Positions 34,730-43,794 of a stretch of DNA of 64,000 nt are shown in pieces; position 1 is the first letter of the stretch, and the number at the start of each line of letters is the position of its first letter. This DNA comes from a virus: IMG/VR virus record IMGVR_UViG_3300025012_000003; one strand, 5' to 3'. The notes beneath the pieces were generated by a model. It was given only the letters and a program-made list of their open reading frames with translations. It was not told where the DNA came from and searched no databases. The position numbers and the translations under genes were made by a program.

Positions 34730-34906
34730 TTACAATTCATCAGTACATTCTCCTGAAGCTATCAAGTCAGTAGCTACTCTTCCGTAATGTCCTTGTAACT
34801 GCCATACTAATTTACTGTCTATTAAATCTTGGAATAGTTCTACTATCTCTTCGTTATCAAGTTCGCCTTGTTCATAAGCCATGATTCTATCTACATAATC
34901 TGCCAT
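34730..34906 (-). CDS. Small conserved phage protein (58 aa), not in ORF track
   Basis: MADYVDRIMAYEQGEL...LFQDLIDSKLVWQLQGHYGR. Confidence 0.7.
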   Translation of the reverse strand: MADYVDRIMAYEQGELDNEEIVELFQDLIDSKLVWQLQGHYGRVATDLIASGECTDEL

Positions 34907-34920
34907 TATTTACTTAGCTC

Positions 34921-35199
34921 CTATCTATTTCTTTTACTGTGTATATCTAATCTTCTTCCGTCTTCCATACAAGTAGTTCCTTTAAAGGTAGCCCAAGTTC
35001 TTGTTAGTATCTCTGCCATGTAATTATCTATAACTGATTCTTCCACTATGTCCCCTTCATTTACTTCTAAGTAGCTCCAAGAATTATCAGCCTGTCTAAT
35101 CATCTCTTTATATGTTGCACTCTTATTTCTATTTATATAACTTATTCTAACATAGTCAGAAGCTTTGATACTCTTCTTTACTTTTACTAAGTTAGCCAT
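34921..35199 (-). CDS. Hypothetical protein
   Basis: 92 aa, own promoter. Confidence 0.65.
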   Translation of the reverse strand: MANLVKVKKSIKASDYVRISYINRNKSATYKEMIRQADNSWSYLEVNEGDIVEESVIDNYMAEILTRTWATFKGTTCMEDGRRLDIHSKRNR

Positions 35200-35232
35200 A
35201 ATGTATCTCCTATTGCTTAACCTTATATACTT

Positions 35233-35284
35233 AGGTTATCATATATAAGATATGAATACAAGTGTTTGTAAAGTTATTGTTACA
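35233..35284 (-). promoter_or_regulatory. Promoter plus TGTAA-N8-TTACA box
   Basis: TTGTAT-N17-TAACCT; box 35267-35284. Confidence 0.7.
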
Positions 35285-35824
35285 ATACTACTCGAGTTCT
35301 ATGTAGAAAGATATCCTATCTATAACTTTCTTGATTGCTCTTCTCATATCGTCGTCTTGTCTGTATCCGTATTCATTACTGAACTGAGTCAGGTCTTTCT
35401 TCAAAGCAGTTAAATCTTTATCTAACACAACTATCTCCTTATTAATTTACTTTCTTGATTTGTTCTTTTAACTTATTGAAACAGGATTTACATAAGTTGA
35501 AAGTATATTCACCAGTAGGATTAATACTTATAGAATAAGATATAGTGTTCTCACATTCATAAACATTACAGATACATCTAGGATAATCATTACGAGTTAC
35601 TTTCATAATCTTATATCAATCCTTGCATCTTTAAAATTAACGGAACCAAACTTGTTGTATCTAATATAATCATTCCAAGTAATACATATAACAAAGAATT
35701 GTCCTGTAGATTCTTAAAAGCAGGAATAGCTATAAACAAATTTGCTAATATCAATAATGCTATTTCGAAATACATAATTATCTCCTTTTAAAGTTCGTCA
35801 TTTTTCTTAAGAGCCACAAGGTTC

Positions 35825-36070
35825 TTAACCGAATATTCTCAAAGTTCTGTAATCATTATAGTTATACTTAATATCTTGATAAATAGGTTTACCCTCAGAA
35901 GTTTTTGATTTATGGGTAATAGTTTTAATAGTATCTTCTTTAAGATATATAGCTTCTACTGAAGGACTGACAATTATATTAACTTCTTTATTCTTAAGTT
36001 TAGGAACTATGCCTTCTTGTTTTTCTATTAGGCTTACTACTTGTCTTAATTCTGTTAAACTCAGATACAT
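35825..36070 (-). CDS. Hypothetical protein
   Basis: 81 aa ORF. Confidence 0.6.
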   Translation of the reverse strand: MYLSLTELRQVVSLIEKQEGIVPKLKNKEVNIIVSPSVEAIYLKEDTIKTITHKSKTSEGKPIYQDIKYNYNDYRTLRIFG

Positions 36071-36080
36071 AATTGTCTCC

Positions 36081-36425
36081 TTAATCTACATTTAATACCT
36101 GTAATATTCTGTTGAGTTCTGCTTCAACTCTCTCTTTGAATTCGTTAGCTACTTCAGCACAATCATAATCAAAAGCAGGAATCCAACCTTCTCTTCCATT
36201 TTTCATTCCACGTTTAGTACCTCTATAATCACTTGTAAAACAAGGTAGAGGTTTTATTGGTGATAGTTTATTAACTACTATATTCTGATTACCTATTAAA
36301 GTAACTACAATATTAACACAAGATATTAAATTATAATCCCCATCCTTATAAGTTTCTTTTTCAGTTGTAACAGAAATTACTGCTACTTTATTTATTATAT
36401 TATTAAATATCTTTTCATAATTCAT
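36081..36425 (-). CDS. Hypothetical protein, putative target of the adjacent ncRNA
   Basis: 114 aa, GGAGA SD. Confidence 0.7.
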   Translation of the reverse strand: MNYEKIFNNIINKVAVISVTTEKETYKDGDYNLISCVNIVVTLIGNQNIVVNKLSPIKPLPCFTSDYRGTKRGMKNGREGWIPAFDYDCAEVANEFKERVEAELNRILQVLNVD

Positions 36426-36461
36426 ATTGTGTCTCCATAATCTATTTCGGTACTAATAATT

Positions 36462-36490
36462 AATATAGCATGTATGAAATAAGAAGTCAA
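36462..36490 (-). promoter_or_regulatory. sigma70 promoter
   Basis: TTGACT-N17-TATATT. Confidence 0.7.
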
Positions 36491-36542
36491 CATATTGTTA
36501 AAATTTATTAAGCTAAAGGTTTACTAGCGAATTAAACATATT

Positions 36543-36820
36543 GAATATAAAGAAAAAGCTTGATACCTTGACTATTAGTCAGCGGGTGGCAAGCTTACAA
36601 GAAATAGATTATGGAGATAATTGTAATAAAATGTGGGATTTTGTATCAACACGTCCCTGAAACCCCACGAAAATCGAGCCGTGGAATAGAAAGCTACAAT
36701 CTACCACGCACTGATTCAATCCTTGAACCAGTGGCTAACCTGTTGGTAGTACTCTAAAGTTTTAAGTACCCGCTACCTCGGAGCACTGTACACATATAAT
36801 AGTCAAGCTTTCTTATATTC
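36543..36820 (+). ncRNA. Candidate structured ncRNA of unknown class
   Basis: ORF-free, nested inverted repeats and hairpins, plus-strand TTGAAT-N17-TACCTT promoter; strand inferred from G.U pairs. Confidence 0.5.
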
Positions 36821-36921
36821 TATTACATGCCGTTATACTATTACTATTGTTTTAAAGAAACTAATAGAACCGATAAACTATTAGAATGAGTGTATAGCAA
36901 TATAGAAGTTGTTATCGGTTT

Positions 36922-37191
36922 TTATTCTTGAGTTATTACTATCTCTTTAGTTATGATACCATCGTTTGACATTACCAGAATAGAATCAATGTCATCTATT
37001 AGTTTATCATTACTTATAGGTATTGCTATCAGTTGTGGCATAGGAGGAATCTGTCTCAACATAGTATGTGTTTTAATTCCTCTAGGTATGAGTTCTTTTA
37101 TCTCCCCTGCTTTTACTAATGTGTTTGCAAGTTTTATTAACTTCATTACTTCTGGTTCATTGTTATTTAAAGTGAGTACTATTCTTTCCAT
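36922..37191 (-). CDS. Hypothetical protein
   Basis: 89 aa ORF. Confidence 0.6.
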   Translation of the reverse strand: MERIVLTLNNNEPEVMKLIKLANTLVKAGEIKELIPRGIKTHTMLRQIPPMPQLIAIPISNDKLIDDIDSILVMSNDGIITKEIVITQE

Positions 37192-37208
37192 CTATTTCTC
37201 CTTATGAT

Positions 37209-37523
37209 TTAATAGGGTTGTCCGTCTGATATATTATCAAACTCTCCGTTGATATCGTATCTTCTTTTCTGATAGTTATCTGAGAGCATCATAGCAAAGT
37301 TAGCTATGTCGGCACACTTTTCTGATAGTTCATCTACTGAGGTATCCCCCATCGGATATATTTGTTTTAATAGTATAAGTCTTTTATCTAACTCATCCAG
37401 TAGGAACTTACGATTGCAGGGTTCCTCTGACCAATGGGTTTTATGCACGTTATCCATTAGTCTTTTAAACATTATGTTAGAGAAGTTATGTATTGATTTA
37501 ATTAAGTTGAGTGGTGTGTTCAT
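37209..37523 (-). CDS. MazG-like all-alpha nucleotide pyrophosphohydrolase-like protein
   Basis: KCADIANFAMM motif. Confidence 0.55.
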   Translation of the reverse strand: MNTPLNLIKSIHNFSNIMFKRLMDNVHKTHWSEEPCNRKFLLDELDKRLILLKQIYPMGDTSVDELSEKCADIANFAMMLSDNYQKRRYDINGEFDNISDGQPY

Positions 37524-37704
37524 CGTTTATCTCTCCTTATATTTCTTGACATCTATTACTATAACATTCTTCACATAGAGTTACTTCTATTTGTTCATCG
37601 TTTATCTCTTTGGCATAAGGGCAGTGAGTCTCTATCACAGTCTTGTCTTGGGTACCACAGTCTTGGCATGTTAAATATTCTTCTGGGATATTAATCTCTA
37701 CCAT

Positions 37705-38010
37705 TTATTCTTCCTCTAGTCTTATTGATATGTTACAGATGTCAGGTTCCCAATCTACTGAATGTAATTCACATCCATCATCCCATAGGTCTCCTACATG
37801 TTGTTTACATACGTGAGAGTATCTATCATAGATAGCTTTCACTCCGTCGGGAGGATAGACTATAGTATAGTCAGCATCTTTCTTACAGGGAATAAAGCAA
37901 CAATATTTAGTACCAGAAGGATTGTAGCAGATAGACCTATTTCCTGTTAGCCTATCTACCAGTCCACTCCAATAGAAACTTATGTAGGCAAATATATTAT
38001 TTATTTTCAT
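37705..38010 (-). CDS. Cys-rich hypothetical protein
   Basis: 101 aa ORF. Confidence 0.55.
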   Translation of the reverse strand: MKINNIFAYISFYWSGLVDRLTGNRSICYNPSGTKYCCFIPCKKDADYTIVYPPDGVKAIYDRYSHVCKQHVGDLWDDGCELHSVDWEPDICNISIRLEEE

Positions 38011-38520
38011 TTAGATTATATTAAATTTCTTAAGTATGTTATATAAATTATGAGGATTTACTACACTTGAGTTAGTATCAAATAATACTTTACAATGGAA
38101 TAAAGCATCTGTTACTAACTCAGAACAGAAGAACTTCTTCTCCGATTCTTTTGTTTTAATCTTTGAATTAATTCCATGAAGTCCAGACATCAAAGCTTGG
38201 TAGAAATCGTAAGGTCTACCATTCACATCATTGACAAAAGTTCTCAGGGCATTAGCATCAAACCTTTCTCTAGCACTTAGAGTTAGAGGGAAACATTCTT
38301 TACCTTGAGTTCTGTTTAATGCTTCGGATAGAGGAACTATCCTCACTCCCGCAGTTTGAGCTTCCAACATATTTTCAGAGTCAACTGCTATTCCCGCATG
38401 GGAATACTTAGACCAAGTAAATATACGAATAACTTGTCCCATTAAGTCAGCAGGTTCAAAGAAGATTACATCTCCCGCTTGTAATTTTGGATATTGTTTT
38501 TGTTTCTTACTGAATAACAT
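38011..38520 (-). CDS. Permuted papain-like (YiiX/YaeF, C92) cysteine hydrolase
   Basis: AGDVIFF...YSHAGI...YD...FFCSELV. Confidence 0.85.
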   Translation of the reverse strand: MLFSKKQKQYPKLQAGDVIFFEPADLMGQVIRIFTWSKYSHAGIAVDSENMLEAQTAGVRIVPLSEALNRTQGKECFPLTLSARERFDANALRTFVNDVNGRPYDFYQALMSGLHGINSKIKTKESEKKFFCSELVTDALFHCKVLFDTNSSVVNPHNLYNILKKFNII

Positions 38521-38549
38521 TTCTATTCTCCTATTGTTTATATGATTTA

Positions 38550-38771
38550 TTATGTAGCATTGACAATAGTTTCATAAGACAACTGAACTTTAGTTGGGTC
38601 TAATGCTTGATAGTTTCCTTTGTCCTCGAAAGCAAATTCAACATTGTTTACTGTATATGTATTCTTTACTCCATGTATATCTGTTATAGATATTAAATCT
38701 CCCGCTCTTGGTAATAGTACTATGGTTAGATTATCAGCTACTACAGTTCCACCTACCACTAATTTCATCAT
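38550..38771 (-). CDS. Hypothetical protein
   Basis: 73 aa ORF. Confidence 0.55.
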   Translation of the reverse strand: MMKLVVGGTVVADNLTIVLLPRAGDLISITDIHGVKNTYTVNNVEFAFEDKGNYQALDPTKVQLSYETIVNAT

Positions 38772-38795
38772 ATATCTTTCTCCTTTATTATTGTA

Positions 38796-39029
38796 TTATA
38801 TATCCCAGCTCACTTCTAATACTCTATCCGTCTCTGTTGTTTTTTGTATGGTTACTTTGTATCCTTGCTCTTGATAATGGGATACTATTTCATCAGATAA
38901 TGAAATAGGAATCTCATCTACTTTGATACTAAGTTTACCATAATGTACTCTACCTTCTATCTTATTATCAATGATAGCTATATTAGATTCTAATGTTTCT
39001 TTACGAACTCCTTCAGCAGATTTTGTCAT
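38796..39029 (-). CDS. Hypothetical protein
   Basis: 77 aa ORF. Confidence 0.6.
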   Translation of the reverse strand: MTKSAEGVRKETLESNIAIIDNKIEGRVHYGKLSIKVDEIPISLSDEIVSHYQEQGYKVTIQKTTETDRVLEVSWDI

Positions 39030-39236
39030 CTAATCCTCCTTATAGTTTGATAGCATTACGTCATAGTCGCTGAAAGCGTATGAGAGTTTCACTATCAAAT
39101 CCCACGCTTCGTCAGAAGGAGCTACATCTTTTGACTCAAAGAAGTCTAGTATCTTTAATAGAGCCACTGCTTCTGTATTTGTTTCCAATGTTATGGTTAT
39201 GGGCTGAAATGATAATTCGTCTTGAGTTATTTTCAT
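39030..39236 (-). CDS. Hypothetical protein
   Basis: FQPITITLET motif common in small phage proteins. Confidence 0.6.
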   Translation of the reverse strand: MKITQDELSFQPITITLETNTEAVALLKILDFFESKDVAPSDEAWDLIVKLSYAFSDYDVMLSNYKED

Positions 39237-39571
39237 CTTACCAGTTCCTCCAATACTTCAACAGAAACTTGAGGTAGCTTATAATTGGGGTCTTCCAACT
39301 CCCTAACCATTCTTCCAAAATTAATTATCTCTTTGATTGAATTTCTTATAGAAGATTTTATACTTGTATAAGCGATAGTAAACTCTGGATATAAATCTTG
39401 ATACCCAGTGCAATCGCTGTAAGTAATTCCCCACAAAAAATTAGATATGTCTATGGGTAACTTAGTATTAAGTAAAGTATTTTTAATGACTCTCTGATAC
39501 AGTCTTGGAAAATCATTAGACTTCTTTGAGTCTATTATCTTTTGGAAATCTCTAAGTGTGTAAATTTTCAT
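39233..39571 (-). CDS. Protein with weak MxEL-like tail
   Basis: Tail VEVLEELVR*. Confidence 0.6.
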   Translation of the reverse strand: MKIYTLRDFQKIIDSKKSNDFPRLYQRVIKNTLLNTKLPIDISNFLWGITYSDCTGYQDLYPEFTIAYTSIKSSIRNSIKEIINFGRMVRELEDPNYKLPQVSVEVLEELVR

Positions 39572-39861
39572 ACTGGTTTATACTCCTCCACATCTTTATA
39601 AATTACATGTTTAAATCTATCGTATATAATTCTAGGATTGCTTGGTAATTGTTTTAATACCTCTACAGCATCTGGAAAGATACAGGTAGTAGGCATTGCA
39701 ATATTAGTCCCATTTACTATCTGATAACAGTTATCGTCTATTGTTATATGTGAATACCCATTATTAAATTGCACATAAGAGATAGTTTCATAAGAAGCTT
39801 TGTCTTTATGTCTAGCACTTAATGACATAACTTTTATTATAATTGGATTAAAATCTACCAT
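39568..39861 (-). CDS. Hypothetical protein
   Basis: 97 aa ORF. Confidence 0.6.
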   Translation of the reverse strand: MVDFNPIIIKVMSLSARHKDKASYETISYVQFNNGYSHITIDDNCYQIVNGTNIAMPTTCIFPDAVEVLKQLPSNPRIIYDRFKHVIYKDVEEYKPV

Positions 39862-40213
39862 TTATTTATCTTTCTTAAAGTATTTTAAATATATTCTTAA
39901 TAATTCTTTTTGGTCATCTTCCATCATATCTCTACTACAACGAGAACAAACCTTATGATGTTTCTCATAAAGTTCAACAACTCTTTTACAATCTATATAG
40001 AAAGAATATAATTTACCTATATCCATTATTTTTATTTCCTATAGTACTTTGAATTTCCCGAACCACCTTTAGGAGGAATTGGATTATCCGTAGTTCTCCT
40101 ACCTCCCGTATATCCTCTTGGACGGTCTTCCGCAAATAATAAATAGAAGGCTGAGGTACAACTCAATATGAATATAAAAGGATATATACTAATTAATAAA
40201 TTGGCATCCATAA

Positions 40214-40570
40214 TTATCTTGTCCTAGGAGGTTTTGTATCAGCAGGTATTTCTCCTCTGCCTTCATGACATCTACTTCTTATTAAAGGTTGAACATCTTT
40301 AGAAGGGTCATACTCTTCCTTAACCTTAACAGGCTTCTTAAGCTTATCTGCTAATAAAGCATCAACACATTCAGTAAGAGTTCTAACAGTATTCTCTAAC
40401 TGGGTTATCCTATTTAGCATACCAGTATCTTTATTATCTTTTAAGGGAGAACCTTTACCCATAGTTAAACCCGTAAAAGGTTTAAAATCAGTTACATCTG
40501 GATAAGGACAAGTTCCTAATAGTTGACACCGTACTCCGTTAAAGTTACCACAACCATCACATTTACTCAT
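40214..40570 (-). CDS. Cys-cluster hypothetical protein
   Basis: CDGC...C...C N-terminus. Confidence 0.6.
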   Translation of the reverse strand: MSKCDGCGNFNGVRCQLLGTCPYPDVTDFKPFTGLTMGKGSPLKDNKDTGMLNRITQLENTVRTLTECVDALLADKLKKPVKVKEEYDPSKDVQPLIRSRCHEGRGEIPADTKPPRTR

Positions 40571-40572
40571 TA

Positions 40573-40818
40573 TTAAATTCCTTTTTGTTTCTTCTCCAAC
40601 TTCTTAAGTCTTCTCTCTGCTTTTCTTCTCTCCGTTCTAAATCCTCTGGGGTCTGACTTTCTCCAGCTCTCCATGAAAGCAAAAGTATCTTGAGACATAG
40701 ACTCCTCTTGATTATCCCCAGAGTATTTATTCAACAGAGTATCAAGAACTTGCTCCGCTGTATCTTTATTAATACTTTCCATATTTACTATTATAACCCC
40801 TTCCGTTGGATTTGTCAA
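40573..40818 (-). CDS. Hypothetical protein
   Basis: 81 aa ORF. Confidence 0.5.
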   Translation of the reverse strand: MTNPTEGVIIVNMESINKDTAEQVLDTLLNKYSGDNQEESMSQDTFAFMESWRKSDPRGFRTERRKAERRLKKLEKKQKGI

Positions 40819-40928
40819 CTGCTGTAATAAACATTTCTTTTAACTTAGGGTTATTTGTTTTTCTTATTAAAAGTTCTTTAAAACATACTTCCAATATACT
40901 TCTTCTGCTTTGTTCAAAATTATTCATA

Positions 40929-41240
40929 TTAGTTTCCTTTAATTGTTTTAATAACATCAAGCCTTTGTTGATAAGCTTTAATCATAGTTTCAATTAGTTC
41001 AATACCTGTATCAAGGTTCTGCTCATCTAAGGTAAGTTGTTTTAACTCATCGGTAGCTACCTTACCAGCTACAGATGTTTTAACCTTAATAGATAGCTCT
41101 TGTAAAGAGTCCATTACATCATCATTACTCTTAGCAGCTTTATTATATAAGTTAATTTTATTTTTAGGAACCTTCCTATCTAATAAATATTTTATCACAG
41201 GAGCTAACAATACAATTATCTTTACTACATCTACTTTCAT
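40929..41240 (-). CDS. Membrane-anchored coiled-coil protein
   Basis: Hydrophobic N-term then coiled coil; directly downstream of the patatin. Confidence 0.6.
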   Translation of the reverse strand: MKVDVVKIIVLLAPVIKYLLDRKVPKNKINLYNKAAKSNDDVMDSLQELSIKVKTSVAGKVATDELKQLTLDEQNLDTGIELIETMIKAYQQRLDVIKTIKGN

Positions 41241-41249
41241 ACTATCTCC

Positions 41250-42152
41250 TTAACTATTTAATATCTTAGCTAAATCATCTAGCTCATCGTACCACTCATT
41301 GTTTATATAATTCTTAGTTAAATTTTCTAAGTCTCTTAGATTCAAATAAGATACATTATCCATATCAGAATTACTTTTAGATAGTCTTACTTGAAATCTC
41401 CAATAATCTTTTATGGGTAGCATTTTTCTTAATATATATTCTGTAGTATCTGACTGACCGTCCGATACTAAGTCAAACAAATTAGTAGCCCAGTCTAACA
41501 TATTATACTTCTTAATCTTGTTAGGGTCTACATACTCATACAGTGAACCAGTGCCTAAAGATATTAATACTATCTCTTCATTGGGGTACATCTTCTGTGC
41601 TTCTACGTACGCACATAGAGCGGGATTGTTTGCGAATATTCCTCCGTCCACACATAGCATCTCATTCAATACATAAGATTCAAAGAACGTAGGAGCTGCT
41701 GAAGTAGCTCTAGCTATCTGGGATAATAAGATGTTAGAATATCTTTTATCTTCTTTAGTAAAGAAGACAGCTTGCTTAGAAAGTATGTCGTATGTTGTTA
41801 CTAATAATCCTTTATCTGGTCTGACATCCCCTAGCTTAACCCCTTTAAAAATATCATTAAGCACTCCATCTATATCTGATGAGGGATACTTTACAGCATC
41901 GAGGGGATTAAGTTTTAACTTACCCTTGAATATTTTATGTATGGGTTCTTTGGTATAAAAATTATATATATCATTCATATTCATACCAGTAGATAGAAGT
42001 AAAGAGATAATACCCCCTGTAGACGTTCCAGCAAAGAAATCAAAGCTCTGCTGTATTGGTTTATCTAAAAGATTATTCTCTAAGTATCTTAGCAATACAA
42101 TAGGAATTAGTCCTCTACATCCCCCACCATCTATGGATAATATTTTCTTCAT
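41250..42152 (-). CDS. Patatin-like phospholipase
   Basis: ILSIDGGGCRG, GTSTG, DGG motifs. Confidence 0.92.
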   Translation of the reverse strand: MKKILSIDGGGCRGLIPIVLLRYLENNLLDKPIQQSFDFFAGTSTGGIISLLLSTGMNMNDIYNFYTKEPIHKIFKGKLKLNPLDAVKYPSSDIDGVLNDIFKGVKLGDVRPDKGLLVTTYDILSKQAVFFTKEDKRYSNILLSQIARATSAAPTFFESYVLNEMLCVDGGIFANNPALCAYVEAQKMYPNEEIVLISLGTGSLYEYVDPNKIKKYNMLDWATNLFDLVSDGQSDTTEYILRKMLPIKDYWRFQVRLSKSNSDMDNVSYLNLRDLENLTKNYINNEWYDELDDLAKILNS

Positions 42153-42162
42153 TACATAACTC

Positions 42163-42465
42163 CTAAGTTAATTTAACTACTGATAAGATATCTTTCCATA
42201 TCACATTTAAAACTATATTCTCGTTGGGAGGAGCAACATACACATAATTAAATTCTGCTTCTGTTTTAATAACATAAGTTCCCGCTGTCTCTGAAAAATC
42301 TCCTAATAAAACTCTTCCCCCGCCTAATACATAATCAAACACTTCTTGCTTCATATCTAATAAAGTTTGAATATCCATAGGAACTTCAGTAACAAAATTA
42401 GTTCCCACAAATTCAAAAGTTTTATCGATATCATCATGTATCATTACATTAAAATTAAATATCAT
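42163..42465 (-). CDS. Hypothetical (possible tail-associated) protein
   Basis: 100 aa in the fibre module. Confidence 0.55.
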   Translation of the reverse strand: MIFNFNVMIHDDIDKTFEFVGTNFVTEVPMDIQTLLDMKQEVFDYVLGGGRVLLGDFSETAGTYVIKTEAEFNYVYVAPPNENIVLNVIWKDILSVVKLT

Positions 42466-42474
42466 ATTATATTC

Positions 42475-43158
42475 CTATGCTGGTTTCTGTAATACAATCC
42501 AACCACTACCGTCTGGATTTGCAAATAGTTCACAAGCTCTTCCTCCCGATACTGAGAGGAGACTAGAATCGTCTATCTTTTGTCCTAAAGTTGGATAAAA
42601 ATAAACTGTCCTACTTCCAATATTTTTAATATAATAAACTCTTTCTGGACAATTACTTGAGTTGGGTAGATAAGCATTAATAGTGTGGTCAACATCAAAA
42701 AGCCAAACAGTAGCGGAAGCATCCATAGTTATATTATCATGACCCGTTACTTTTTTAGATTTAATAGAACCTGTCCCATCTTGACCTATTACTGGTAAAG
42801 AGTTCATTAGCTCATCTAGCCTAGTTGGGGATTGACTGAGAGATGTTATATATGTTTTCCAGTTCTCCCACTCATTGGAAGTTATATCAACAGTATCTGG
42901 GTACCCTATTACTATATCATTAGCCCCATCTATCCTCAATACCTTAAAGTAAGGAGTTACTTTTAACTTAGCATCTATCTCCATAGATGTCTTATTAATA
43001 TTATAGATATCAGTAAGGTCTTGAACAGTAGGTTCTGTTTCTGTTAAATTCCATTCATGTATATAAGTATTACCGTTAGAATCCACTTTAAGAATAACAT
43101 CCTTCTTAAAGTCTAGCTTCCTGCCTAATTTCTTTTCTATACTTGAAGCGAAGTCCAT
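42475..43158 (-). CDS. Tail-fibre-associated protein, XkdW-like N-terminus
   Basis: DVILKVDSNGNTYIHEWNLTETEPT. Confidence 0.6.
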   Translation of the reverse strand: MDFASSIEKKLGRKLDFKKDVILKVDSNGNTYIHEWNLTETEPTVQDLTDIYNINKTSMEIDAKLKVTPYFKVLRIDGANDIVIGYPDTVDITSNEWENWKTYITSLSQSPTRLDELMNSLPVIGQDGTGSIKSKKVTGHDNITMDASATVWLFDVDHTINAYLPNSSNCPERVYYIKNIGSRTVYFYPTLGQKIDDSSLLSVSGGRACELFANPDGSGWIVLQKPA

Positions 43159-43784
43159 TATAAACCTCTTCCTTCCACAGTTAATATTTCTAGTCTGTAG
43201 TCTGTTAAGTTAAGAGTACTAAGACTACTGTTATAAACCTCTGCTGTAAGAGTATCTCCCTTACTTAACCTTGTTATAACATTACAAGAAGTAAGTAAAT
43301 CCTCAGTAGACAATAATCCAGCCATTGATACGTTACTATCGAAGTCTATTATATTCCCATTCTTTTTAATTGTTACTTCAAACTTATAATTACTTGGAAC
43401 ATTGTTCAAGGTTCCCACAAAATTTACTGCCACAGATTGAATTTTCTTAGACGTAAAAGTATTAGTTACAAATTCCACATCCTTATCTTCTGACTCTGTA
43501 AAATTAACAGAAGTAAAAACTCTGGACTGAATGCTCTGGGAACTTCCCAGAGCAGACACATAAGAGTCTGGGTAGTTAGACCATAAAGTATGGTCAAGGG
43601 TATTCCACAAATCAAGTAATTGTTGATAGGTCGGCTTAGTGGGAGAAACGATATTCCACGCATCTATACATATCCCATCAGGGTCTGCATCTTCACCCCA
43701 ATCTTGACAAAGTATTACTTCCGACGTATAATCTACTTCTCTTCCTACATAAGCTTCTATAGCTTCTTTATAATTAAAGCTCAT
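43158..43784 (-). CDS. Tail-fibre-associated protein, XkdW-like plus C1q/TNF-like domain
   Basis: ICIDAWNIVSPTKPTYQQL; C-term beta-sandwich LSKGDTLTAEVY. Confidence 0.6.
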   Translation of the reverse strand: MSFNYKEAIEAYVGREVDYTSEVILCQDWGEDADPDGICIDAWNIVSPTKPTYQQLLDLWNTLDHTLWSNYPDSYVSALGSSQSIQSRVFTSVNFTESEDKDVEFVTNTFTSKKIQSVAVNFVGTLNNVPSNYKFEVTIKKNGNIIDFDSNVSMAGLLSTEDLLTSCNVITRLSKGDTLTAEVYNSSLSTLNLTDYRLEILTVEGRGL

Positions 43785-43794
43785 TTATATTTTC

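Noticed and set aside
17259-35284. Assigning the palindrome to CRP, NtcA or GlnR
   Set aside because: The spacing (GTA-N10-TAC; 18 bp) does not match TGTGA-N6-TCACA, GTA-N8-TAC or TGTNA-N7-TNACA.
36543-36820. RNase P, SRP, 6S, hammerhead, cobalamin riboswitch or retron msr-msd identity for the structured RNA
   Set aside because: Diagnostic motifs (GAGGAAAGUCC, SRP GGAA loop, CUGAUGA/GAAA core, B12 box) were not found by eye, and no RT is nearby; left unclassified.
41250-42152. CBASS operon
   Set aside because: No CD-NTase, Cap2/Cap3 or HORMA genes next to the patatin.
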